From contig JASBRU010000006.1 of assembly GCA_030149285.1 (NCBI GenBank), forward strand, positions 64,170-128,169: DNA of 64,000 nt. The letters are read 5' to 3'. Position 1 is the stretch's first letter, and every line of letters starts with the position of its first letter. Shown in pieces: positions 1 through 8,411 of this stretch. A program made the translations under genes and the position numbers. Source of the DNA: Flavobacteriales bacterium. GTDB taxonomy: Bacteria; Bacteroidota; Bacteroidia; Flavobacteriales; JASBRU01. The notes below the pieces were generated by a model. That model was given only the letters and a program-made list of their open reading frames with translations. It was not told where the DNA came from and did no database searches.

Positions 1-311
1 GAATATGATTGTAGTATTACAGATTCGTTCTCAAAGCTCAAACGCGGGTTGTAGTAGCCAATGGCTGTCATTATAGCTTCGGCACCGGCTTGTTTATCAC
101 TACCATCTTCTATTAATAATGTGGTTTTTACTTTGTACTGTTCAGTTGCATATCTATTAAAAACTATGGCTATACCAATAGCTATAAATAAACTAAGTAA
201 TATAAACGGCCAGTAAGCAACAAATTTAAATAGTAGCTCCTTAATGTTTATTCCGCCACCTTCTTCCTCTGAATTTTGTTGTGAAACAACTCTATTCTGA
301 ATTTCTGCCAT
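1..311 (-). CDS. Polysaccharide chain-length determinant (Wzz/Wzc-type), N-terminal part; gene runs off the left edge
   Basis: Own translation from ATG at 311..309: MAEIQNRVVSQQNSEEEGGGINIKELLFKFVAYWPFILLSLFIAIGIAIVFNRYATEQYKVKTTLLIEDGSD... A short cytoplasmic head is followed by one TM helix. It starts 5 nt after the stop of a Wza-like gene, as in wza-wzc operons. Confidence 0.55.
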   Translation of the reverse strand, partial: MAEIQNRVVSQQNSEEEGGGINIKELLFKFVAYWPFILLSLFIAIGIAIVFNRYATEQYKVKTTLLIEDGSDKQAGAEAIMTAIGYYNPRLSFENESVILQSY

Positions 312-316
312 ATCTC

Positions 317-1117
317 TTATTGCAATAAGTTAACAATCAACAGCACACTAGACACTGCAGATAATATTGTAGTAAACGTTCCGATACCTGTAGTACCTGT
401 ACCAAAAGATTTCACTTTAAGTGGTGGTATATTTACAATATCATTGGGTTGTAAAAAATAATACGGAGAGTTTATCACATTTCTATCGGTTAAATCTATC
501 TCATGGATTTTTACTCCATCAGGATATTGTCTTATTACCTGCACCTCTCTTCTATTGGCTACAAATGTAGCATCACCTGCATTTGCAAGAGCCTCAAATA
601 TACTTACTTGGTTCTCAAAAATGGTAAATTTACCGGGTCTATTTACTTCACCTACTACAGATATACGTATACCTGCCAATTGAACAGTTACATATACCGC
701 AGAATCATTAAAGTAGTTTTCATTTAACTCTGTTTCTACTTTGTTTTTTATCTCATCAGTAGTAAGCCCTGCTACATGTACCATTCCTAAAATAGGCAGT
801 TCTATATTTCCTTCTTGGTTTATAGAATACCCTCTCAGGTAAAATATAAGGTCTCCTCCAACAAAATTATTACCCCCTTCTGTACCATTTGCATTATATG
901 ATTCTGTTGCTTTTGAATCGTATGAGCGAACATTTACGGTAATAATATCGTTTATCTGTACTTTGTATTGAGACCTATCTAGAGTATGGTAGCCTGAACT
1001 GTCTACTTTAGCCTCCTCTCCTTGGTCCTGAAGGTACTTTAACTGACGGGGAGACACACATGATGTGGTAAAAAATAATACTAGTAAGCCAAGTGGCAAA
1101 AGTTTACGAATATGCAT
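317..1117 (-). CDS. Polysaccharide export outer-membrane lipoprotein (Wza-like, Poly_export + SLBB domains)
   Basis: Lipoprotein signal MHIRKLLPLGLLVLFFTTSC. Typical Wza blocks are present: YKVQINDIITVNV, GNIELPILGMVHVAGLTTDEI, VGEVNRPGKF, QPNDIVNIPP. Start moved to the internal Met (ATG 1117..1115). Confidence 0.8.
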   Translation of the reverse strand: MHIRKLLPLGLLVLFFTTSCVSPRQLKYLQDQGEEAKVDSSGYHTLDRSQYKVQINDIITVNVRSYDSKATESYNANGTEGGNNFVGGDLIFYLRGYSINQEGNIELPILGMVHVAGLTTDEIKNKVETELNENYFNDSAVYVTVQLAGIRISVVGEVNRPGKFTIFENQVSIFEALANAGDATFVANRREVQVIRQYPDGVKIHEIDLTDRNVINSPYYFLQPNDIVNIPPLKVKSFGTGTTGIGTFTTILSAVSSVLLIVNLLQ

Positions 1118-1235
1118 GCCTTGTTTTTTGAGTATTTTCAGCCGACAAATATACTCCAATCTTTAACAATTGAAAATTAACAAACCATTAATTTCTAGGT
1201 GGTTTATGCGCAATAGTGGGTATTTAACCTGTTTA

Positions 1236-2267
1236 TTATGAGTTGAAAAACGGGTTTTTTAGGTATATCCGTTCTATAATATCAACCACCATTAAGCCCT
1301 CTTGTGCATTGGTAGTAATGGGGCCTCTGCTTTTTAGCACATCTGCAATATTTTGTATTACATAACTGTGGTTTGCCGCACTCCCCTTGTATGTACCGTA
1401 ATTATTAGAGGGGTTTGTCTCGGGCAATTGAGGCATTTCATAATCTTTTATATGGCAATATTCAACCTCATTCATATACTGCCCGCTTACCTTTATACTT
1501 CCGTTCTCTGCTATAATAGTTATGCTGCTTTCTAAGTTTTGTTCAAAAACAGCTGTAGAGTAATTAATACTGCCTTGTCCTCCGTTTACCAACTCAAAAC
1601 TTATAATACCCGAATCTTCAAAATCTGTAACTAGGTTGTGGTTAAAATCGGCAAAACGCGCCTCAATATTGGTAATATCTCCAAACAACCAGTACAGCAT
1701 ATCTACAAAATGAGAGAATTGTGTAAATAAAGTTCCGCCATCCAAGTCTTTATCTCCATGCCAGTTACCGGCATGATAATAACGTTCGTCTCTGTTCCAA
1801 TAACAATTGAGTTGAACCATATATATATTGCCCAACTTTTTGCTCTCTACAATTTCTTTTAACCATACTGATGGTGGCGAGTAACGGTTTTGCATCACTA
1901 CAAATACCTCTCTATCCACCTCATTAGACTTAGCTATAATAGCCTCGGCATCTGCTTTATGCAAAGCCATTGGCTTTTCTATTACTACGTGGCGTTGTGC
2001 AGTAAGTGCTTGTATAGCTTGGCTGGCATGCAAGCCATTTGGCGTTGCAATAGTTATCACATGTGCATGTGGGCCTTCTTGTAAATACAACTCTAGTGAG
2101 CTGTAAAAAGGTACATCTATACTTTTGGCTTTTTCCTCTACTAAAGGGTTGGTATCTATAATGGCTACCAGTTCGGCTTCGGGGTTTTCCATTATCATGG
2201 TTACATGGCGGGTACCAATACGCCCACAGCCTACTACCGCAAATTTTACTATCTCCTGTTCTCCCAT
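1236..2267 (-). CDS. Gfo/Idh/MocA-family NAD-dependent oxidoreductase (WbpB-like sugar-nucleotide dehydrogenase)
   Basis: N-terminal Rossmann motif FAVVGCGRIGTRH and an EKP motif (VVIEKPMA). It is translationally coupled (overlapping stop/start at 2267) to a hexapeptide acetyltransferase, the WbpB/WbpD arrangement. Confidence 0.75.
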   Translation of the reverse strand: MGEQEIVKFAVVGCGRIGTRHVTMIMENPEAELVAIIDTNPLVEEKAKSIDVPFYSSLELYLQEGPHAHVITIATPNGLHASQAIQALTAQRHVVIEKPMALHKADAEAIIAKSNEVDREVFVVMQNRYSPPSVWLKEIVESKKLGNIYMVQLNCYWNRDERYYHAGNWHGDKDLDGGTLFTQFSHFVDMLYWLFGDITNIEARFADFNHNLVTDFEDSGIISFELVNGGQGSINYSTAVFEQNLESSITIIAENGSIKVSGQYMNEVEYCHIKDYEMPQLPETNPSNNYGTYKGSAANHSYVIQNIADVLKSRGPITTNAQEGLMVVDIIERIYLKNPFFNS

Positions 2268-2854
2268 CAGCTTACTCTCTTTACAGTATCATTTTGCAGC
2301 TCATATTCCTCACCACTTTCGGGGCAAGTTGCTCTGTTATTTTCAAAATTCAGTTTATGGCCATATTCGCTCATCCACCCGGTTTGCTTTGCAGGATTCC
2401 CCATTAGCAAAGCATAAGGCTTTACATTTTTGGTTACCACAGCTCCGGCGCCAATAAAGCAATATTCGCCTAGTGTAATACCACATACTATAGTAGCATT
2501 GGCGCCTATAGTGGCTCCTTTTTTTACTAGGGTTTTAGCGTATTCGCCACGGCGGTTTACTGCACTGCGCGGATTAATTACATTGGTAAACACCATACTA
2601 GGGCCCAAAAAAACATCATCCTCGCACTCTACCCCGGTGTAAAGAGATACATTGTTTTGCACCTTTACATTACTACCTAGCTTTACCTGTGGCATAACCA
2701 CCACGTTTTGCCCAATATTGCAGTTATTACCAATAATACTATCTGGCATTACATGGCAAAAATGCCATATTTTGCTTCCTTCACCTATTGTACAACCCTC
2801 GTCTATTACGGCAGTTGGGTGACTAAAATATGTTGTGTTTTTATTTGAACTCAT
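2267..2854 (-). CDS. Left-handed beta-helix (hexapeptide-repeat) sugar N-acetyltransferase, WbpD/WlbB-like
   Basis: Repeated [LIV]-G-x-x-x-x hexapeptides ([45 protein letters not shown]) and a C-terminal MGNPAK motif. Confidence 0.75.
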   Translation of the reverse strand: MSSNKNTTYFSHPTAVIDEGCTIGEGSKIWHFCHVMPDSIIGNNCNIGQNVVVMPQVKLGSNVKVQNNVSLYTGVECEDDVFLGPSMVFTNVINPRSAVNRRGEYAKTLVKKGATIGANATIVCGITLGEYCFIGAGAVVTKNVKPYALLMGNPAKQTGWMSEYGHKLNFENNRATCPESGEEYELQNDTVKRVS

Positions 2855-3078
2855 ATGAAGGCGCTAATATACTGAAATGCTATAACAGCGTTAATTATGA
2901 TAATATTGTACACATAGCCTGTTGATTAATAAACCTAAGGAACCGTCTTTTTGAGGTATAACCCAACTTTTAGCACGCTTTTTGCGTTATAATAGCAAGA
3001 GCAATTAACCTACAATTAATAAGTCAAAAATAGAGCTGAATAGCTTTTTTTTATACATTTATCAAAAATAAGTACACA

Positions 3079-3378
3079 GTGAGCGATTACATGGTCATAA
3101 TGAAACTCCCACCATCTCTAAACGATGAGTTTATGAGTTTGATACCTGCCCAAAGAGAGCAAACCAGTAAACTGTTTGAAGACGGTAAACTAACAAGCTA
3201 CTCATTGGCGCTAGACCGCTCTTTTTTATGGGCTACTGTTATTGCTCCTGATACAGAAGCTGTACGCGCTATTTTAAAAACCCTACCCTTAACTAAGTAC
3301 ATGCGTAAAATAGATATCTCTGAACTATATTTTCACGAGAGTATTAATGTACAGTTGCCTCAGCCTTCGCTTAACTAA
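3079..3378 (+). CDS. Small muconolactone-isomerase-like (ferredoxin-like fold) protein
   Basis: 99 aa. The pattern V-M-KLP...LWATV...EAVRAILKTLPLTKYM..I resembles the MIase family layout. The start is uncertain (GTG 3079 or ATG 3090). Confidence 0.4.
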   Translation: MSDYMVIMKLPPSLNDEFMSLIPAQREQTSKLFEDGKLTSYSLALDRSFLWATVIAPDTEAVRAILKTLPLTKYMRKIDISELYFHESINVQLPQPSLN

Positions 3379-3380
3379 GC

Positions 3381-4388
3381 TTATTTACAGTTAAAGTAAG
3401 CTCTCCAAGCTTTTATATCTCTTTCAAACTCTTCATCAGTATATTCCGGCCCTAGGTAGTTACCTCCATTTGTACATTTAATTGAAGATTTTTCGGCTAT
3501 TTCTTTTGCCATTACAAATACAATATCAGTAACTCTCTGCTCCTTAACATTGTAATAATAGTTCTCTAAAAAAGAAATCCTTTCACAATAATCTCTTAGC
3601 AAAAGATACTCATCTAATCTATCAAAATAGGTATCAACAAAAGCTTCGTGTTTGCCCTCACTAACTAAATAACTTGTTAAGTGAAAAAATTGCCCATCTA
3701 AGTATTCAAATGTTCCTCTAAGAAGAAAAACATCATCATCGGGGTATAAGTAATTAAGTGACTTTCTTTCCTTATCATACATAAAAACATCCATTTCAAA
3801 ATCTGCCTGATCAGGTACTTGAAATGCATTTTGATTATTATTTTTAACAGGAGTAATCACGACAGAATCTTCCTCAAAAGAAACAACATTTGCTTTACAA
3901 ACCTTTACATAACCTATGTTATGCCATTCTACTGTATGGTCTAGTATTAGATATTTTCCATCATCTAATAAATGTATAGAGTCAACTCTATTTATTTCTA
4001 CGTGCTGTAAAATTTCATCATAAACCAAATACGATTCTTCCCAAGAAAAACAATGTGCGGCACAGGTCTCCGCAAAAAAAGTATATATCTTAAGTTTGTT
4101 GTCTGGTGAATAATAAACTCTCCCTTCATCTATATGCACGCTATTTACATATTCATATGATAATGCAGAGTCTATTTCATCATAAGACCAAGTAGTGTTA
4201 CCCGCTGCATCATCCCCTATCATATTTATAGCGGTGCGTCTCCATAACTTAGCCAGCATTATAGAGTCATTACGCTCTTCCTGCACCAATATAGTATCAT
4301 TTGGTATTGTACTTTTTGGTGCCCATAAAAATGACATAAGTACTAGTACACTAATGGGGACAATTAAAAATTTGAGAGATTTTTTCAT
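3381..4388 (-). CDS. Hypothetical secreted protein
   Basis: Long ORF with signal-like N-terminus MKKSLKFLIVPISVLVLMSFLWAP. No recognisable domain. Confidence 0.55.
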   Translation of the reverse strand: MKKSLKFLIVPISVLVLMSFLWAPKSTIPNDTILVQEERNDSIMLAKLWRRTAINMIGDDAAGNTTWSYDEIDSALSYEYVNSVHIDEGRVYYSPDNKLKIYTFFAETCAAHCFSWEESYLVYDEILQHVEINRVDSIHLLDDGKYLILDHTVEWHNIGYVKVCKANVVSFEEDSVVITPVKNNNQNAFQVPDQADFEMDVFMYDKERKSLNYLYPDDDVFLLRGTFEYLDGQFFHLTSYLVSEGKHEAFVDTYFDRLDEYLLLRDYCERISFLENYYYNVKEQRVTDIVFVMAKEIAEKSSIKCTNGGNYLGPEYTDEEFERDIKAWRAYFNCK

Positions 4389-4485
4389 CCGTGATGATTT
4401 TAGGCAAAATAACAATTAAGTCTCATTTATAAAACGTTCTTATACTCTTATGTGTTTTCTATCTTTGTAAAAAGAGGTAGATACC

Positions 4486-5091
4486 ATGGCAGAAGATAAT
4501 TTTCACATCCCCAGCAATATAGATTCTATAGATGTACCCGAGTTGTTTTACAACTCTGATACCGGCAAACCTTTTGAGAACTGCTTGGTATGCAATTGTA
4601 ATTTATTGGAAGAAGATACCATGTATCTTATAGAGCGCGCCATAAAAAAATACAATACCCTAGAAACCTCATCGGTAATATTTGAGTATGCCATGTGTTT
4701 ATCATGCGCCATGCGTATGCACGAGGTACTATCAGAAGAGTCTAAAAACAAAGTAGAAGCCTATTTTGCACAGCATGTAAACATGCAGCAACGTATACAA
4801 GATAACAAAGAGCAGTTTGGCACAGATGTAAGCAAATGGGTAGAGCATTGTATGCTGAAAAACACTCATGAATCTGAAACCGAAGAATACCAATTGTATG
4901 GCATGTTTATGGGTAACCAAATGCTATTTACAGAAATGCCCTACATGCTATCGGGCGAGGCTATGGACGAAATAACCAACTTATTATCTAATAAAAGCCT
5001 GGGCGATATTGATGATTTTATAGATCAGTTTTTTGGCCTACCCCCGGAAGTTAGGGATGCCATAAAAAACAGTAAAGGCGTATTGGTATAA
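4486..5091 (+). CDS. Hypothetical Cys-cluster protein
   Basis: 201-aa ORF with CLVCNC...CLSCAM cysteine pairs, followed by a terminator hairpin. Confidence 0.55.
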   Translation: MAEDNFHIPSNIDSIDVPELFYNSDTGKPFENCLVCNCNLLEEDTMYLIERAIKKYNTLETSSVIFEYAMCLSCAMRMHEVLSEESKNKVEAYFAQHVNMQQRIQDNKEQFGTDVSKWVEHCMLKNTHESETEEYQLYGMFMGNQMLFTEMPYMLSGEAMDEITNLLSNKSLGDIDDFIDQFFGLPPEVRDAIKNSKGVLV

Positions 5092-5096
5092 AACAA

Positions 5097-5128
5097 AAGA
5101 AGTTCGGGAGCTACCCAAACTTCTTTTC
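5097..5128 (+). terminator. Rho-independent terminator hairpin between convergent genes
   Basis: aagaagtt-(13 nt loop)-aacttctt followed by tt. Confidence 0.5.
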
Positions 5129-5158
5129 GACAAAAAATAAAAACAATCTTTAATTCAT

Positions 5159-7201
5159 TTATTTATTATAAATTTTGGTTACATCTCTAAAAGCACTGTT
5201 ATTATTAGAATACCAGTCCATGTGACTAAAGCCACCTGATTGCGCCCACTGAGAAAACTTTAAGTAAGCAGCTTCTATACTCATGTTCTCAGCCGGATAA
5301 TCAAAGCTTTGTGGCAAATCTATTGCCCAAGGCAAATTCCCGTCAGACTTATATAGCTTGTTGTTAGCTATATCCGTATCATCATCTTCTTGTCCAAATA
5401 AATTAGTGTTTACCAAATCTGTTGGCATATAGCCTGGCAAGTGAATTTCGTATCCGCGTTGCATATTTACAACCATAAATGGGTTGTATGGACCAAAACC
5501 TAAGGTAGTTTTTGCAATAGGGCTTGTAAATACTACACCTATTTCTATTGTATCAGGTGTTACATAATTACCCGCTGCACTTGTATTTACAAATGCTCCA
5601 CCAGATGGTTGCATGCGGCTATAGGCATCATCAAATACTAGTATTACGGCATTGGTTTGTGCTGCTTCTGTACCATTTGCATTGGTAGTTATATACCCAT
5701 TACTTAAATCAGAGCCTGTTACGCTTGCAACTTGTGAGGGCGCTATTGGTAACTCAAAACCAAAGCCATTATGAAAACCACCACCTATTGCCTTTAGTAC
5801 AAACTTTGCTTTTAACTCTACCACATCATTATTGGCATCGGTTACTTCATTTATTCTATAATCTATTACTAAGTCATTAAAGTCATAGTCTCCTTTAGAT
5901 GGCCATAAGTCTTCAAAAGCCAAAGTACCGTAGCCATTTGCTGTAGGCGTGTAGTTGTTAAATGCTCTATTTACATCATTTGGATATTCATCATTTAGGT
6001 CTCCAATTCCGTCCCCATCGGTATCTGTTACACTAGATGCCGCTTGTGGCATGTTTACATTGTTGATAGCTGTTACCGGATTTGAGGTTGCATAAAAAAC
6101 TAAATCGTTAAAATCATTATCTCCACTTCCACCTTCTCGGTATAAATCTTCAAAACCAATTAGCACTAAGTTTCTACCTGCATCATATAATGCTACACTA
6201 TGTTGTTGCCAGCTTGCACTAGGCTCTGGGTTAAAACTAGGCTCAGAGTAAAAATGTAGTTTGTTTGTACTTACAGATCCCCAGCCCCATGCATTTTGCA
6301 ATAACACCCATCCGATACCAGTATTTGCTGGAAACTGACCAATTTTTACTTTATCACCAGATACCAATCCGCCACCATCTCCTAAGAAAGATGCATTTGG
6401 GAATACAAAATTTATAGTATCAATATCGTTTGCTGTTGCAGGCGGGTTATTGATGTCATATGTATAAAAACCCAATGCGTTTTTATATCCTGCACCTTCG
6501 TGTACAAAAGTTACCCATACATCTGCCAACTCTGTAATTTCCAAATCTGTTTGGTTTGAACTTGATAAGTAATTTGGGTTATGTATATGCACAGGCATAC
6601 TCTCTGGTAATGATGCATTACAATCTGTAATAAAAGCTGCGTCTATTAAATCTCTTACCGGCTCTAGGTTATTAGGCACGCCATCTGCATCAAAACCACT
6701 TAGGTAATTATAACCGGCAGGTGCACTTGGTATTGGGGCACTGCTAATTGTTGTATTTATTCTGCGTGAAGGTTGTTGCCCACCAAAAGTATAGTGTCCT
6801 ACATTATTATTTATGGTTATAGTACTTGCATTTACCATACCTAATGTATGTGCTATTGCGTATACTTCTGTTGCATTACTTGGTAATTTTATGTTTGCTA
6901 CATATACACCACTGGCATTTGTTACACCTTTCATTAGCAATTGTCCGCCTTGTGCAGTGTCTTTATCATAAACCGACACTACTATATTTGGCATTGGAGT
7001 ACCATTATTATCTTCTACAGTAATGCTTAAGTTTTCTTGCATAGAGGTTTGGTAGTTAAATGTTTTGGGTACAAAAAAGCCCAACTCATTTTTTGTTCTA
7101 CCAGCAGCAGTATTTACCATTACATCCTCGTCTGGGGCACAACTTGATAATATTCCGGTTGAGATAACTAATACTGAGATAAACTTGTAAAAACTTTTCA
7201 T
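5159..7201 (-). CDS. LruC-domain surface lipoprotein (Ig-like N-domain + DUF4114-like + thrombospondin-type-3 Ca-binding repeat + LruC domain)
   Basis: Lipoprotein signal MKSFYKFISVLVISTGILSSC. Motifs: DUF4114-like VWVTFVHEGAGYKNALGFY...NDFNDLVFY; TSP3-like DTDGDGIGDLNDEYPND; LruC core YGTLAFEDLWPSKGDYDFNDLVIDY. Confidence 0.75.
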   Translation of the reverse strand: MKSFYKFISVLVISTGILSSCAPDEDVMVNTAAGRTKNELGFFVPKTFNYQTSMQENLSITVEDNNGTPMPNIVVSVYDKDTAQGGQLLMKGVTNASGVYVANIKLPSNATEVYAIAHTLGMVNASTITINNNVGHYTFGGQQPSRRINTTISSAPIPSAPAGYNYLSGFDADGVPNNLEPVRDLIDAAFITDCNASLPESMPVHIHNPNYLSSSNQTDLEITELADVWVTFVHEGAGYKNALGFYTYDINNPPATANDIDTINFVFPNASFLGDGGGLVSGDKVKIGQFPANTGIGWVLLQNAWGWGSVSTNKLHFYSEPSFNPEPSASWQQHSVALYDAGRNLVLIGFEDLYREGGSGDNDFNDLVFYATSNPVTAINNVNMPQAASSVTDTDGDGIGDLNDEYPNDVNRAFNNYTPTANGYGTLAFEDLWPSKGDYDFNDLVIDYRINEVTDANNDVVELKAKFVLKAIGGGFHNGFGFELPIAPSQVASVTGSDLSNGYITTNANGTEAAQTNAVILVFDDAYSRMQPSGGAFVNTSAAGNYVTPDTIEIGVVFTSPIAKTTLGFGPYNPFMVVNMQRGYEIHLPGYMPTDLVNTNLFGQEDDDTDIANNKLYKSDGNLPWAIDLPQSFDYPAENMSIEAAYLKFSQWAQSGGFSHMDWYSNNNSAFRDVTKIYNK

Positions 7202-7303
7202 GGCTATATATTTTGTGTTCTATACTTTGTTTCTGATTGACAAGGCAAATGAACGACAGCCACATTGGGTACTGAAAATTATTGGACGAACTGCATGATT
7301 TCA

Positions 7304-7329
7304 TCGATAAGATGCATGCATAGTATTTT
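7304..7329. promoter_or_regulatory. Copy 1 of a conserved motif TCGATAAnATGCATGCATAGTATTTT (10-bp palindrome ATGCATGCAT), ~110 nt upstream of the first LruC gene
   Basis: Near-identical copy at 7907..7932 and a 15/18 match at 10746..10762. Confidence 0.3.
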
Positions 7330-7561
7330 TTAATACTGATTTACAAATACTTACAAAATAATACTCATAAAAAAAGTGAAATGTGTAGAAAAGAAAAAAC
7401 GCCATTCATCTAATGAACAGCGTTATATTCCGGCTTGATACCTATTTACTTTACTCGCACTTCAAAGATGCGATATGGGTGAGCCAAAACCGGTAAATAA
7501 TCGATGAAATACACATATCATCGGTAAGTGGTAAAAAAGAAACCATACCTATATAAATAAG

Positions 7562-7618
7562 AAAAGCTCCGCATCAACCTAAGCCGAGTACGGAGCCTTT
7601 CCCCCATCATGAAAAAAC
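7562..7618 (-). repeat. Copy a of a 57-nt tandem element folding (minus strand) into an extended hairpin followed by a U-run; candidate sRNA 3' end or terminator
   Basis: Direct repeat of 7674..7730. On the minus strand, AAAGGCUCCG pairs with CGGAGCUUUU and the inner stem is UCGGC-UUAG-GUUGA. The conserved 5' flank is GUUUUUUCAUGAUGGGGGAAAGG. Confidence 0.4.
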
Positions 7619-7673
7619 TTTACTAACCTATATATAAGACTAGTATTATATTAAATAGTTTAAAGTGAAATAG

Positions 7674-7730
7674 AAAAGCCCCGTATCAACCGAAGTTGAA
7701 AACGGAGCCTTTCCCCCATCATGAAAAAAC
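7674..7730 (-). repeat. Copy b of the 57-nt tandem hairpin element
   Basis: Same architecture as copy a. The inner stem is UCAAC-UUCG-GUUGA (UUCG tetraloop). Differences from copy a keep pairing only if read as minus-strand RNA (G.U versus A-U). Confidence 0.4.
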
Positions 7731-7906
7731 TAAAAACTATTACTTATTGCTCTTGATATGTTGTCCTAGAACAACACTTATATTTTATTCTTAACGTTTA
7801 GTTCAATTGCTGTAACCCTACGTCTAAATCTTTCTTCTTAATTACTGTACAAAGTACCGACAATTTTAAGTCTCAAAAGAATATTATCGATGAAATGCAT
7901 ATAACT

Positions 7907-7932
7907 TCGATAAAATGCATGCATAGTATTTT
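7907..7932. promoter_or_regulatory. Copy 2 of the ATGCATGCAT-containing motif, inside the ORF-free spacer
   Basis: tcgataaaatgcatgcatagtatttt versus tcgataagatgcatgcatagtatttt at 7304..7329. Confidence 0.3.
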
Positions 7933-8030
7933 GTAATAAACTCAAAGAACCAAAAATAATACTTAATTAATTGAATAATAATGTTTTACACTAAATCAAT
8001 CCATTTAAGCACTTCTACATATATAAACGA

Positions 8031-8071
8031 AAAAAGACCATGTTTAGTTTACACAACATGGTCTTTTTTTT
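8031..8071. terminator. Bidirectional terminator-like hairpin in the ORF-free spacer
   Basis: aaaaa-agaccatg-(14 nt)-catggtct-ttttttt. Confidence 0.45.
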
Positions 8072-8353
8072 AAAGGAAAAGCCGCAAGTTTAAAGTAGCT
8101 AGGTAAAACCTAAAAAACCTATACTACAGCTTGCGGCTTTGAGGCTCGTAATAAACCTTTTATATGTTAATCTTTTTTAAAGCTTCAAAAAATCTGAACA
8201 GGTAATGAGCAATCCATATGCCATACAGTTAACTAACTGAAAAACAAAATCTTACAAACACAACATTGCAAAACACTTCCCGATTTTGGAAAAAACAAGC
8301 TTTAATACTCTATTTATGGGACAAAACATGTAGCAAACTCAAGAACAGAAAAA

Positions 8354-8389
8354 CAAAAAAGCCTCAAAATTGAAATTCAACTTTGAGGC
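8354..8389 (-). terminator. Rho-independent terminator of the second LruC gene
   Basis: Minus strand: gcctcaaag-ttgaatttcaa-ttttgaggc followed by tttttt, 23 nt after the stop at 8412. Confidence 0.65.
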
Positions 8390-8411
8390 TTTGATTATTT
8401 AGTACTCTATT

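Noticed and set aside
7098-7304. 68-aa minus-strand ORF overlapping the start of the first LruC gene.
   Set aside because: It is in a different frame over the LruC signal peptide and has no supporting features. The LruC start at 7201 gives a canonical lipoprotein signal.
7562-7730. Short peptide ORFs starting in the conserved flank of the tandem elements (MMGERLRTRLRLMRSF..., MMGERLRFQLRLIRGF...).
   Set aside because: The two copies terminate at different lengths (31 versus 20 codons). Substitutions track RNA stem pairing rather than codon positions, and the sequence is dominated by the hairpin. An RNA element is the more economical reading, though translation is not excluded.
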